This document shows, one piece after another, positions 50,669-64,000 of a stretch of 64,000 bases of DNA. The translations under genes were made by a program, and so were the position numbers. The stretch is taken from positions 31,476,831 through 31,540,830 of the forward strand of contig NC_057720.1 of NCBI RefSeq assembly GCF_004010195.1. The letters are read 5' to 3'. This DNA comes from Chiloscyllium plagiosum. Taxonomy: Eukaryota. How positions within the stretch are numbered: the stretch's first letter is position 1; the number at the start of each line of letters is the position of its first letter. Below the pieces are notes generated by a model. That model was not told where the DNA came from. It worked only from the letters and a program-made list of their open reading frames with translations, and ran no database searches.

Positions 50669-51295
50669 TGAATTTATCTAACTTTGAGTACTGTGCAAAG
50701 TTCCAGTTAACTTAGAACGAACAAAATAATTGAATAAAGTTTTAACCCCTCAGTGCAAGATGAAATTACTTTCTGCAATAATTGAAGTTTCTTTGGATCT
50801 TTCTCAAAGACAGACTGGCAGGTGATCTGATAATAGATTTTAAATTGTAAAGGGGGTGGATGTCATAATGTTTCCACTGGTGGGAGACTTCAAAACTAGT
50901 TTGTAAATAAACCATTAACTTATCCAATAGTTCATTAGGGAAGTGTGGAACATGTTCCACAGGTAGCAACTTGGTTGAATAGCAGATTTACCAGTAAGAT
51001 AAATAAGCATGAGGGAGAGAAGAATAAAATGATGTATTCTTAGTAAGATGGTGAATGGGAGAAGTTTTAGGGGGCACAAGTTTCAGCCCATGGACTGATT
51101 GGCCCGATGTGATTAAAGTTTTGGGAAGATGCAACCCATCTGAATTTCTACCAGGTGGAGTGCTTGTTTTTGAGAAATGTTTGTTGGTCTGTTAGTATCT
51201 TCAAATTTAGTTCTGACAATTTCTTCTTTTTTCTTAACATTCAATTTTTTGGATGTCAAATGAATAGATGTACAGTTGGCTCTTTTTATTTTTAA

Positions 51296-51436
<141 letters not shown>

Positions 51437-52112
51437 TAGATTTGTAATTGATTTTCCTATGTTCTCACCAAGAATCAGGTGAGTGGGTGTGTGCGGTAAG
51501 GTGGGAGATGGCGACTGTATGTTTGTTTACACTGGACTGATTCTTGGATATAGGAAATCTTCAGGTTTTCATTACTGTCCCTAGCTACATTTTCGGGCAG
51601 CTAAAATGCTGACCTCTACCAAGCAATGTGAAAAATTACACATGTAGGTCCAGTGTACAGGACACATCCAGCCTGACCCAGTTACCACCAGAACCCCATT
51701 AGTCTAGTGTCACTGATCAGTAAAGTGATGGGAGGGATCACAAACAATGTCAACAGGCAGCACTGCTTAACAATAGCTAGCTTACTGACCCCCCATTTAG
51801 GTTCTACCAGGGCTACCGACTTCATGACAGCCTTCATTTCCAATAGGGACAAAAGAAATGTGATCAGAGTGGCTGTCCTTTTTTTTAAGTCCACATTTGA
51901 AAGGTGTCCTGAAGAAGATCTCAACTGGAATCAATAATCATCAGAAAAGGTCTGTCTGGAGTTGTACCTAGCATATGGGAAGTTTTTTTTTTTTGGCTCT
52001 TAAGGTCAGTCATCGAAGTTCCTGACATACCCTGAGGAACTCCTGCAGTTATTGCGTAGTTGAACCTCTGGCTGTTTCATCAGTGATCTTCCAGACGTGT
52101 GTTTGCTGATTG

Positions 52113-52410
52113 GGGTGGCAGGGTGGCTCAGTGGTTAGCACTGCTGCCTCTCAGCACCAGGGACCCAGGTTCTATTCCAGCCTCTGGCTACTGTCTGTGA
52201 AGTTTGCACATTCTGCCTGTGATTAAGTGTCTCCTCCCACATTCCAAAGATATGCAGGTTGTGAATTGGCTATGCGTAGGTTAGATGCATTAGTCAGGGG
52301 TAAATATAAGATAATAAAGTAGGGGAATGGATCTGGGTGGGTTACTCTTCAGAGTTGGTGTGGACATTTTGGGCCTTGGGGCCTGTCCCCACACTGTATA
52401 GGGATTCTGA
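52113..52410 (+). mobile_element. tRNA-derived SINE (HE1/V-SINE-like)
   Basis: gggtggcagggtggctcagtggttagcactgctgcctc...gacccaggttctattcc head followed by the conserved body. Confidence 0.8.
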
Positions 52411-53177
52411 TTCATAGAATATTCAGTGCCTTTTGAAATTCCTTGGATATGAAGCAGTCTGTTTTTAAAAATTCAGCAAGACCTGGACAATTTTTTGGGG
52501 AGTTTTGAGTTATCAAGTCACAAGCCCCACAAATGCAAAGCAGCAACCTTCTTCAAGAATAAGCCATCACTTGATGATCAATGACATTTTCCATTGCTGA
52601 ATCCCTGCTATCGACCCAGGGAGTTACAATTAAGCAGAAACTTAACTGGGCTCACTATATAAATACTGTGGCTATGAGAGCAGTCAAAAGCTAGGAATCC
52701 TGCAAGGAATCGAGTCACCTCCTATCTCACCAAAGTCTGTTCACTATCTACAAGGCAAAAGTCAAGAGTGATTGGAATACTCCTCCCTTGTCTGGATGAG
52801 TAAAGCTCAAAGTTCAACATCATCCAGGACAAAGCAGTCCACTCGACTGGTCCCACGTCCATAAACATTTATTGGCTCTACCTATCATGCTTAGTAGCAA
52901 AAATGCACACCCTCTCCAAGGTGTGGTGTAGAAATTTGCCAAGACTGTTTTAGACATTAATTTCCAAAACCAGAACTGCAACAATCTAAAAGGACCAGGA
53001 CGACAGATTCATGGGAACACCACCACTATTGTCTGCAAGTCCACTTATCAGCCTGACTCTGAAGGAACAGTGATGTATATTTCAGTGTCATGAGCACAAA
53101 ATCCTTGAACTCTTGCCCTAATAGTATTGTGGATGCATCAACTCCAAATGAACCTACCTCCTTGAGAGCAGTTAAGA

Positions 53178-53224
53178 ATGTGCAATAGGATGCTCATGTG
53201 CAATAGGATGCTCATGTGCAATAG
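53178..53224. repeat. 18-bp tandem repeat x2.6 (ATGTGCAATAGGATGCTC)
   Basis: Directly visible. Confidence 0.9.
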
Positions 53225-53957
53225 TGGTGTCTGTATCTCTGAACCAGGAGTTTGTGGGTTCAAGTCTCATCTATGCTGGTGTCGTATGATAACCTCTCAT
53301 TTTGTAATGTTTTGGTTAGGCAGAAAGAAGTGCAATAAATGCTGGCCCAGTCAATTCAGCCCACATGCCCTTGATGAATATCTAAAAATAGAATTTAGAT
53401 CAAGTAGGTCACGTGGCCATTCAAACTTACAAATCTGATTTTTGATCTCGCTTCCAGTTTCTGATGGCACCTTTTGATTTCCTGGTCTATTGCAAGTTCA
53501 TTTAACTCTGATGTTTTAATTAAGCGGTTTGTAAACTTTATACAAGATAAATTTACACAGAAATTGAGGGTGATTATTGTCTTTTTTTTGAACTTACATC
53601 TAAGTTGCTACTTCAGATACAGTAGCTTTGTCAGAATTTGAGGCATCCTTTTATGTCTGGATAACTACACTTGCAGTATCGAATAATAACTCTTGTGCTG
53701 TACGACAACTTATGTTAGTGTAAAAATCTTCTAATAGAAGACTGGCAACTTTTTTTTTTGGTTACACCATCTCTTATGTCACCCACCTTTTGACAAACTT
53801 GTCACCCAAGACCCTTCTTTTTGGCTCCATTGATAGATCAGCATGTTTCTTGGATGTGGAAGCAACATTTACTATCCTGAGCAGTTAAAACGAACGTAGC
53901 ATCTTTCAGGATATTTCAAATATTTTGTAATAAAGATCCTGGGTATTTCAGACATGG

Positions 53958-54080
53958 AAAATGAGGACTGCTGATGGTGGAGATTGGCGGTGTGGGTGCT
54001 AGAAAAGCACAGGTCAGACAGCATCCGAGGAGCAGAAGAATCAACATTTCTGGCATAAGCCCTTCATCAGGAAACAGATA
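53958..54080 (-). mobile_element. Short Penelope-terminus insertion (single arm)
   Basis: TSD tatttcagaca(t/c)gg at 53944-53957 and 54081-54094; ends at ...cccttcatcaggaa. Confidence 0.75.
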
Positions 54081-54249
54081 TATTTCAGACACGGCCAATG
54101 AGAGCTCTACCCATGTTGTGCACAGTCCACAGATATGCAGGTTAGGAGAATTTGGCCATACTAAAATTGCACCATAGTTCCCAGGGGTGTGCAGGCTAGG
54201 TGGAATAACCATAGTAAATGCAAAGTTATAGTGTGAGGTGGGGGGCTAG

Positions 54250-54444
<195 letters not shown>

Positions 54445-55079
54445 TAAGAAACGTTAATGAAGTTTTCTCTTGAAAACTTCAGTGCTTGGTTACCAGCAGA
54501 CATCCAGATCCTTGTTCGTTTTCACTTTCCTCGGAATACATTGCTGTCTTTACAATGCTTTCCAATGAACCCATTTCTATCACTGACCTCAAATGAGTAA
54601 TTCTCCACTTCACTTGTTTGCATTTCCAATTTGAATTTTGAACTTAGTAGTGCTTTGGCCAAAAGTTGTCCCCTTCTCCACCGTCCCTTTTTTCCGTCAT
54701 CTGAATTCTGGATGATGCTCCTGGAAATCACCATCTACCCTCCAGATTCCTTTCAATTGAAAACTGCTCACATGCCAGCAATCATCTCTCCTTTCTTTCT
54801 ACCCATCCCAGACTACTTTTTTGTTTTGAACACGCAGCATTACTTTCTCATCTCCTGCCAGCACATGTAATATATTTACTCTTTATTGCATCTTCCTGTG
54901 CACCATGACCTCGCCACTGAGCTTGGAGGCAATTTCCTTGACTTCACCTGCTCTCCTGTTGTATCACTTGATGTTTCCAGTTCTGAGAGATCAACAACAT
55001 GAAATATTAGCTTGCTTCTATCTCCATAAGCTCTAACCTGAACTTCCAACATTTTGCTTTATTTCATGATTCCAGCTTC

Positions 55080-55925
55080 AATATTTTGGCTTTTTGGCAT
55101 GAAAGATTAAAATACTGGGTATGACTTGAGTTGAGGATACAAAGATTCCAGGTGGTTTAGACAAGTTGGGTGAATGAGCAAATGTGGCAGGTGCAGTACA
55201 ATATGCAGTACAATAAAATTGTAATTTTTTTGTGTAAAACAAAGTATTATTTACATGATATTTTGGCAAGTGTGGATCTACAAAGGAATCTCAGTAACTT
55301 GAACATCAGTTATTGAAACTGGGCAAGCAGGAAGGCAAATGGTATATTCTTCTTCATTGGAAGAAGATTTGAGTTCAGAAGTAGGGATGTAGTTATAAAA
55401 GCCTTTGGTGAGACCTTTTTATCTGGAACATTGGGCGCAGTTTTGTCTCCTACCTAAGGAAAAGATTTATAACTTTCTGTATTAGAGGGGCTACTGTGGA
55501 GATTCACCCAGGGTATTACTGGGTGTGGCAGGACTGTCCCATGAGGAAAGATTAGTTCAACTATATTCACAAAATCTTAAAGGCATGTGGGAGGATCTGA
55601 TTGAAATGTATAGCAGGGCTGGACAGACCAGATGTAAGGAGGATGTTTTCTCTGGGGAGTCTAGAACCAGGTGACATCCTGAGATATGGGGTGGACTATT
55701 TAGACTGAAGTTTCTTTACTCTAATGCTTGTGGACCTGTTAAATTCTTGGCCTTCAGTGTCTTCTGAGGCCAAGTCACTAAGTGAATTCAAAAAAGTTCT
55801 TTTGTTAGATGTTAAGGTGTTTCAAAGTATGCAGGAAGGATGTGAGAATATGGCATTGAGTTAGAGAATCAGTCATAATATAGAATGGCAAAGCAGGTGC
55901 AAAGGGCTGAATGACCTACTGTTTC
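55080..55925 (+). mobile_element. Old CR1-clade LINE 3' fragment
   Basis: Degenerate similarity to the CR1 C-terminal segments at 7290-8005 and 63680-64000. Confidence 0.6.
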
Positions 55926-55943
55926 TATTTTTCTACATACTAA

Positions 55944-56096
<153 letters not shown>

Positions 56097-57433
56097 TGAG
56101 TGAACAACATTAACTGATTGCAATGTTTCATAAAAACATAAATAGAAAACTATGCTATATAGATTAAAAGGCATTTAATCTAAACACTATGAAAGTCTAA
56201 TAGTCACTTACAAATGCTTCCAGCTTCTCAGTGAAAACGTGGTGTAGGTGATGAGATTTTTGAAAAGAGAATCAGTGTCTATGGATTCCCTGCCTGTAAA
56301 ATAGTGCTTTCTTTTACTGACTTCTCTGGTGTTTGCATGAATTTTTACACTGAACAAATGTTTCTTTCTACCTCTGCCTCACCCAGTTTACCAAAATAGC
56401 ACAGTCACAGAGATCCATTTTTTTTTCCATTCTTGGGTGTTTCTATCAAGGACAGCAATTGTTACCCATCCTTGCCTTCCTTTAAACTGATTAGGTCTCT
56501 AAGAAATTTCAGAAGGCAATTAAGACTCTACTACATTGCTGTGCATTCAGTCACATGTAGGCCAGGTAAGAACAGTAGAGTTCCTTTCCCAAAAGTCTTT
56601 TTTTTTTTTAAGTGAACCAGATGGATATTTGACTGGTTATATAGTCACAATTGGACTAACTTAATTCCAGATTTTTTTTCTATTGAATTTAAATTTTGCC
56701 AGCAGCTGTGGCCTATCTCTCCAGAACGTTAGCCTGGGACTCTGGATTGCTAGTCCAGTAACATTACCACTATGTCACTGCCTCTCAGAATATCTGATAT
56801 TGTGGAAGTTTAAAATGTTGATGGAAGATGTAGGATATAAATTAAGTCAGGCAAAATTTGGTTTGACTGAGTTAGCTGAACATGAGGTGAGTTACAACAC
56901 CCAAATGGCATTCATCTTAAGTAAATGATGGGGGGGGAAACCAGTGGAGTTAGAATCCCAGATGTGTGGTTTGCATCTAGAATTGGATGATGCCCAATAA
57001 CCTTTCTAAGACAGTAGACTAAGTTGGCAGTATTTAGTTCAATATCAGTAACTTAGGCAAATTTACAAATTTGACTGTAATAAGTGTGGTGTAAATTGAT
57101 TTTTTCAGAAGGTGTTTCAATAGGAACCTTAATCAGGGATATAATACATAAAATACCACAACATTATGAATTATTGGTTGTTGGAGTTGATTTGATTATG
57201 GTTATGAAGAGTCCTAACTTAAATTTTAAGGGAAGAGGCTAGAAGGATATTTTCACATGGACTACTGGAGCATGCCACATGAGAACCCAAAGCAAATTCC
57301 TGAGGACTGCAGTGGCACTGGAACTTTATGGGAACAATGGATAAATATTTGAAGTAGAAGATGATACTTCACTATTTTAAGTGAGGAGTATGTTATTTAT
57401 TCTGAATTACAAATGATACCAAAATTTGACGAC

Positions 57434-57690
57434 TACCTTCCTTCAAAGAATACTTTCGACCTTCCCCTCCAACCCAAACAGTTTACTGAAAAAAAATTCT
57501 GCTGGAAGCATTAGCCTGTGATGCATTTATGATTATAGCTGACTTCATTGGGAAGCAAAAAATACCTTCCTTCAAAGAATACTTTCGACCTTCCCCTCCA
57601 ACCCAAACAGTTTACTGAAAAAAAATTCTGCTGGAAGCATTACCTGTGATGCATTTATGATTATAGCTGACTTCATTGGGAAGCAAAAAA
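57434..57690. repeat. Tandem duplication, 129 bp plus 128 bp
   Basis: 57434-57562 is repeated at 57563-57690; the only difference seen is a 1-nt indel (attagcctg vs attacctg). Confidence 0.92.
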
Positions 57691-57974
57691 CTTTTTTTTT
57701 TTTTTCTTTTTAGTTTTTCTCTCCTACCTCTTTATTTTCCCCCAACCATTCATCCAAACAGATGTCCTCTTCAACCAAAATATGGATGTTTAACCATCTG
57801 CCAATTGAAATAAGAAATTCCAGTTGTTAAATTTTTGTAAAAGGATTGTTAGTTTTTAACATCAATTTTCTACCACCTGCCCCTACCCAAAATAAATGGT
57901 ATAAGCTTAGTGTTTTTTACCCCTGCATTGGCAGGTTTCCAGCAAATTTTCAGCTGCATTTTGTTAGATGGTGA

Positions 57975-58241
<267 letters not shown>

Positions 58242-58894
58242 TAACTTTTTTCTCTCTCTCTCTCTCTCCTCCAATGTTTTGTTTCTTGCTTGCTTTTCTC
58301 TTTGATTTGACTCACTTCAGAAACATGGCCAGTAGAGAAACTTCACTCTCTCTCCATGTATTGAACATCTTGAACACATGCCTATAATCACAAGTGTATA
58401 TTGAATTATCTTGACTCATCAGTACCTGCATTCAAGTTGTGTTTAAGCACTGAATTATGTAAAAGTATTTTCCAGATAGGTTATAATTATATCATCATAC
58501 AAGGTTTAGTATTAGTTTAATATGATGTTTTAAAGAAATCATGGTCCTGTTAAATGTCTCTTAATTGTACTGGTAGCAAAGTTTCTAAACTTCAAAACTC
58601 ATCAGTTTTAAAATGGCCATGATGTACTTTAAATATTGCATGCTTGCTTCTGTTCTAGAAGTTAATTATTGAATAGAGAATGTAAAGTCTCGTTTAATGT
58701 AAGTGTTAAAAGGAGGTCATGAACTTCTGTAGGGATCATGATTGTAAGCAAAATCTGGCATTGCAAGTTTTAAGCATACAACTTAATACTAGCTAAATCA
58801 CTTAAGTGAGAATTCCCAAGGCTATTTAAAACTGAATATTTAAAGCTGCTCTATATTACAAAATGCTGTCATAAGCATGATACTATAAGGTTAA

Positions 58895-59260
<366 letters not shown>

Positions 59261-59599
59261 TGAAATCTGCAGTCACTACTCTTCCTTTCAGTTTACTTTT
59301 AAATTGTAACAACTCACTCCTCATCCCTGAGAGACAAGTTGTTTGTCAATTGTCTTTAATCTACATCCTTAAGTTACTGACTGAGGCATCAGTGGCAACA
59401 GTTTCTCCTTATTTACTCCATCCAAACTCCCAACCTTTTTGGATGCTTTCATTTGGTCTTTGTTTTAAGGAGAACAATCCCCAGATTTCTGGTCTTTCAC
59501 CAAGTAAATAACATGTCATGCATTACCTCAATTTAAAATAATTTTGACTTCTGCAAATTTCACTTGAAATAGAGTTCCTCTATGTATTCACTTTTTTTG

Positions 59600-59976
59600 T
59601 CTAAGTATGTAAGTTAGCTCACAGACCCTGAAGGTTTGTTTTCAGATGTTATCTAGTAAGGTGACAAAACATCAGTGAGTCTCTGAAGTTCTGGTGGTAT
59701 GTCCAGCCTCTATAGGTCTTGGTTTCTTTAGGTGGGTGAAGTCACTTCTGTTTTGTTTTACAATGGAAGGTAGATAGGGTCTAAATCGATGTGTTTATTG
59801 ATGGCATTTTGGTTAGAATGCCATGCTTCTAAGAGGTGGGACATACTAACATCGCTTCACCAGAGACTCTCTGATGTTACCAAGTATGGTAACAAAACAT
59901 CTGAAAATAAACCTTCAATCTTGGCAAGCTAACTTAATACTTATCACCCTGAGCTACACATCTTCTCAAATTGCTA
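59600..59976. mobile_element. Fold-back insertion of the second Penelope-like family
   Basis: Minus then plus copies of the terminus seen at 12120; flanked by attcacttttt on both sides. Confidence 0.7.
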
Positions 59977-60532
59977 ATTCACTTTTTCTTTCCAGGCTGG
60001 ATGATCTGGTGACTCGTTTCAATTTGTGAAACTTCAAGAAGGTGTAAATTTAAAAGAAATGCAGATCTGAGTGGTTTCAGTCATGTTGATTATCTTTTTA
60101 ATCTTAGTTCAGACAGGGTCCAGTTTATTAATGATTTCATGATCTGACTCAGCCTGTAGTTAAATTACCAATGGGCCATTTTAATTCAGTTGTTTCTTCT
60201 TTGTCAAGACTGGTTTGTTTTGTTTTGTTTTTTTTTAGTCTAGTCTAAAAGTTCCCAGGTATTAAAAATCTGAGTGTTTTTTTTTAAGAAATGGAATAGA
60301 AAAACAGTGAGCCTGCTAAATTTTTGTCAAGGTCAATCTGTGACATTGAGGACAATTCTGGAAACAATACTTCAGGAAATATGTGTAGGCTTTTAGGTTA
60401 CAGAAGAGCATACCTGGAATGTTTTTGAAGGGGGAGGGCTCTGGTATCCAAATCCTTTTCTAGGAATAGAAGGGATGACAGGTTTTAAAGATGAAGGGTT
60501 TGAAACATTTTTCTCAAACGTAAGTAAATTTA

Positions 60533-60678
60533 CACACTGGATGAGTGTGTATGAATAGGAAGGGTTTAGAGGGATATGGGCCAAATGCTGGCAAATGGGA
60601 TTGACTAGATTTAATTTGGGATATTTGGTCAGCATGGACAAGTTGGACTGAAGGGTCTGTTTCCATGCTGTACATCTG
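60533..60678 (+). mobile_element. CR1-clade LINE 3' tail
   Basis: Closely matches 487-618. Confidence 0.75.
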
Positions 60679-61042
60679 ACTGGCTTGTTTAAATTTTTCA
60701 ATTTCTCTGAGGATGCTTCTCCAGCACTGATCCAGTGTCATGGGTAATCTAAGTGCTGCCAATCTAATGATGATGCTTAGCTGGCTTGTTTGCTTGCCAA
60801 GTCAACTATTAAAACCATAACCAATAGGAACAGGAATAGGGTGTTCGGCCCCTCAAACCTGCTCCGTCATTCAATAGGATCATGTTGATTTGGCATTCAG
60901 CACCAAAATGTCATTTCAAACCTGATTTACACCCCATCGTGTAATTTTTGTTCTAAGTAAAACAGCTTGGACAGTGTTAAGGATTTCATTGCTCAATTTA
61001 AAATGTGGATATCTTTTTTTTCTCAAATTTGTTGTCTTCTAG

Positions 61043-61213
<171 letters not shown>

Positions 61214-62374
61214 TAAACATTTTGGACAAAAGCCATTTTACATTCAAGCCAAAAGTGGGTAATGGAAAATGTACTGAATTGATCACTGTTACGTTGTGTG
61301 GAACAGCAAAGTTTGTTTTGCCATCAAGCTGCTTTGCTGCGTGATATTTTGGTGCCTCACCTAACTAATGCTATTGTACTCCTTGGTTGATTAATTGCTC
61401 TCATATCTTTATCGTCTCTTACATGTTAAGGCGTTAATTATAAACAATTTATGGGAGATGAGCAAATGATGGGGAAAGCACAAATATTTCATCTTTTTTA
61501 GATTAAGTTCAATTTGCAATTAATTTAAAATTACACCTTTATCATCTTTTTGTCTGTGCTTTAAACACTTAATTCTTAAATATCCAGTTTCATAATGAAA
61601 TCCTGAAAATCCATTTGTGGGGTACATGGTGTCCTGAGTAACTACTTTGCACACTGTCATGAACCATTGATTTTGCTTTTGTGCAATCTGTAGGGAAATA
61701 AATGTTGCCTTTCAAATAGGTGTTGGTAATGAGTCTTCCAGCCCTTTGAAAAACTATTCAAATAAATATCAATGTAAGCGAACAATCAGCATGTGACAAT
61801 CCGCATGAGAGAATATCAAAATCCAATCATTGTCTGTGTGTGTCCAGCAGGGTTTGACAAAGTGACTGGGAGCAAAACCTGCTTTTGTTGGGAAATAGTT
61901 ATTGTAATTTGCTAGTGGTCCAACCAGAGTCTGTAAAGGCTGATAGAATCTGGGCCCTGTCCAGTCAGCTTGTCTTGAGCAGAAACAAAGATGCCTATAT
62001 TATCTACTTTTATCCAAACGTGCCAACTTCTTCAATTTGACTGCAGACTTTGCCAGCTATCTCAGATTTGAGTTTGCTTTGGCACTGACTTTGTTTTTAT
62101 TCATTTGTTGGATATGGGCATCACTGGTCAGACCAGCCTTTTATCGGCTATCTCTGGCTGCCCAGAGCAGTTTAATCTAGCATTTTGCTGTGGACCTGGA
62201 TTTGCTTATAGGTCAGACCTGGTGCTTTCTTGAGAGAGCTTCTGTCCTTCTAACATGGCTTTGCCTATAGCATGGAATCGTTCCCTTAACTGAAAATGTT
62301 ATATTTTGGGATCTTGCATTTGAATCAGTTCATAAGAGTATTTATTGATCTTGCTGAAATTTTTTCTCTTCCAG

Positions 62375-62442
62375 ATTGCAATGATCTCACCGGGATTAAA
62401 TTCTTGTGAACACACATTAAATACATTGAGATATGCAGACAG
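62375..62442 (+). CDS. KIF2C: Kinesin-13 exon 16 ([23 protein letters not shown])
   Basis: ttccag|ATT acceptor; CAG|gtaacc donor; 68 nt; TLNTLRYA motif. Confidence 0.95.
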
Positions 62443-62917
62443 GTAACCGCTTAAGCTATGATAATTGAATTTCAAATAGCTAATAAAGCAAATGAGGTCA
62501 TGCCTAATTGGTACAAGTTTATTTTCTAATGCATCCAATGCTTGTTCTATTAAAAGCTTCTTAAACATACTCTATATCTGTCAATGCTTTTGCAGAGTCT
62601 GTTTGAGATGGAAAGAGGTGAAGGCTATTGATTTGAGTTAGTCTGCAGTAGTTAACCTTGCAATGATTTTTGCCATTTGTTTTTTTTGAGGTTGAATTTC
62701 AAGTATGTTTACCTCCGATCATAATGATGGAATTGTAAATTCTAGATTGCTAATTTGTCTTTTGTTTCAGTAATACTTTCCCCAATTAATGTAAATTTGC
62801 TGATCATTAATATAGAACTAGGCGAAATGTAATAGCCTAACTTGTGATTAAGCATTTTGGTTTTTTCTTTTTGCTGTTTTTATAGTAATTGCCAAAAAAA
62901 TTCATTTTTTGTTCAAG

Positions 62918-63035
62918 GGTGAAAGAACTTGGTGTTGAGGAAGTTTCCAATCAGCCAGTATGTTCCACAATACCTGAAGAGCAAGGATTCAATGAGTCCT
63001 TGGAGTCTGACATTCGGTTGCTCTGTAAGGAAAAT
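62918..63035 (+). CDS. KIF2C: Kinesin-13 exon 17, motor end and tail start (VKELGVEEVSNQPVCSTIPEEQGFNESLESDIRLLCKEN)
   Basis: ttcaag|G acceptor completes RVKEL; AAT|gtaagt donor; 118 nt; no stop, so the gene continues past the window. Confidence 0.85.
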
Positions 63036-63679
63036 GTAAGTACAGTTTAGAATGACTTTAGAAATATTTTGAGAATATATTGGACTCTAACATTTTTTTT
63101 ACTGTAAGACACCAAGTGAGGATTTGAGAATGTATTTAAAAATTCTTCAAGCATAAAGCAGACTTTTCTGTGCTAGTTTACAGGAGTATGAATAGGCATG
63201 TGAGGTGGTGCATTTTGGTAGAACATTGTCTTTCAATGTAAGCTAGAGGAAGGAAATTCTAAAGAGAACCTGAGTATATATGTGCACAGATCACTGAAGG
63301 TGGCAGGACAGTTGGAAAGAGCAATAAGTAAAGCATGTAGTGTCCATACTTTATTAATAAAAGGCAGAGTGCAGAAGTGAAGTGATTCTTTTCAGCCCTG
63401 TGTGGGGAGGTGCCTGTCAGAAGCTCGGGTTTTTAAATCACTGCAGTCAGTGTTTCAAGTTTACCCACAATGCCCTTGGAGTGCATTCCAGGATTTTGAC
63501 CAAGTGATGGTAAAGAATCAGTAAAACTATTTCCACGTTAGGATGGTGAGTGGCTTGGAGAAGAATTAGCAGGTGGTGGTGGTCACGTGTACGTGCTACT
63601 CTTGCCCTTCTAGAGGGTTGAGAGTTTGGAAAGTGCAGCTTTAACATTTTTAGTGAATTTGTTTAAAACGCATGAGTAC

Positions 63680-64000
63680 TTAGTCCTTGGACTATTTTCT
63701 AAATGAGGAGAAAATTCTGAGAAGTTTGAAATGCAAAGAGACTTTAATTCTAATCCAGGATTATTTCTAGATAAACTTACAGGTTGTCAATAGTTACGAA
63801 GGCACATAAAAAGATGGCATTTAATTTGAAAATTTAGAAGTATATCCCTGCTTTTAGAGGCTAAGGCTCTGGTTATACCATATTTGGAGTATTGTGCACA
63901 GTTTTAGGCCCCATATCTCGAGGGAGGTACTGGCCTTGAACCTCCTTGGAACATACTCCATGAGAATGGTCCCAGGACCAAAAAGCTTGGCTTTAAGGAA
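63680..64000 (+). mobile_element. Old CR1-clade LINE fragment
   Basis: Degenerate KALV.PYLEYCAQF.APYL-type sequence. Confidence 0.55.

Noticed and set aside
53178..53224. Short direct repeats (also 10540-10635, 32548-32576, 33398-33476) as a CRISPR-like array
   Set aside because: Head-to-tail duplications with no unique spacers and no cas genes; eukaryotic DNA.
60765..60930. ATGATGA box-C-like motifs in introns as candidate C/D snoRNAs (also about 11183 and 24757)
   Set aside because: No convincing terminal stem, properly spaced D box or rRNA-complementary guide visible; would need snoscan or Infernal.

Overview
Eukaryotic (vertebrate) genomic DNA, not prokaryotic. The repeat content (tRNA-derived HE1/V-SINE-like SINEs, abundant CR1-clade LINEs, Penelope-like elements) suggests a cartilaginous fish such as a shark; this is inference. 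The window is dominated by one + strand, intron-rich kinesin-13 gene (KIF2C/MCAK-like with several KIF2A-like residues). I traced 17 coding exons by hand, from ATG 6092 to 63035: 1704 nt, 568 codons, all introns GT-AG, phases consistent and no internal stop. The C-terminal exons lie beyond the window. A CpG-rich promoter with an E2F/CDE-CHR cell-cycle element precedes exon 1. The rest is transposon debris: CR1, Rex1/Babar, RTE and Penelope-like retroelements, SINEs, a solo LTR and a Harbinger transposase relic, plus a 410-N gap. The most striking non-genic signal is a set of short Penelope-derived insertions. They carry minimal type I hammerhead ribozyme motifs, are folded back on themselves (one is a perfect 87-bp-arm palindrome with hammerheads on both strands), are flanked by 13-18 bp target-site duplications, and repeatedly turn around just 5' of the hammerhead core. 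Nearly all ORFs in the supplied track are spurious or transposon-derived. Repeat boundaries are approximate; exon boundaries were counted base by base.
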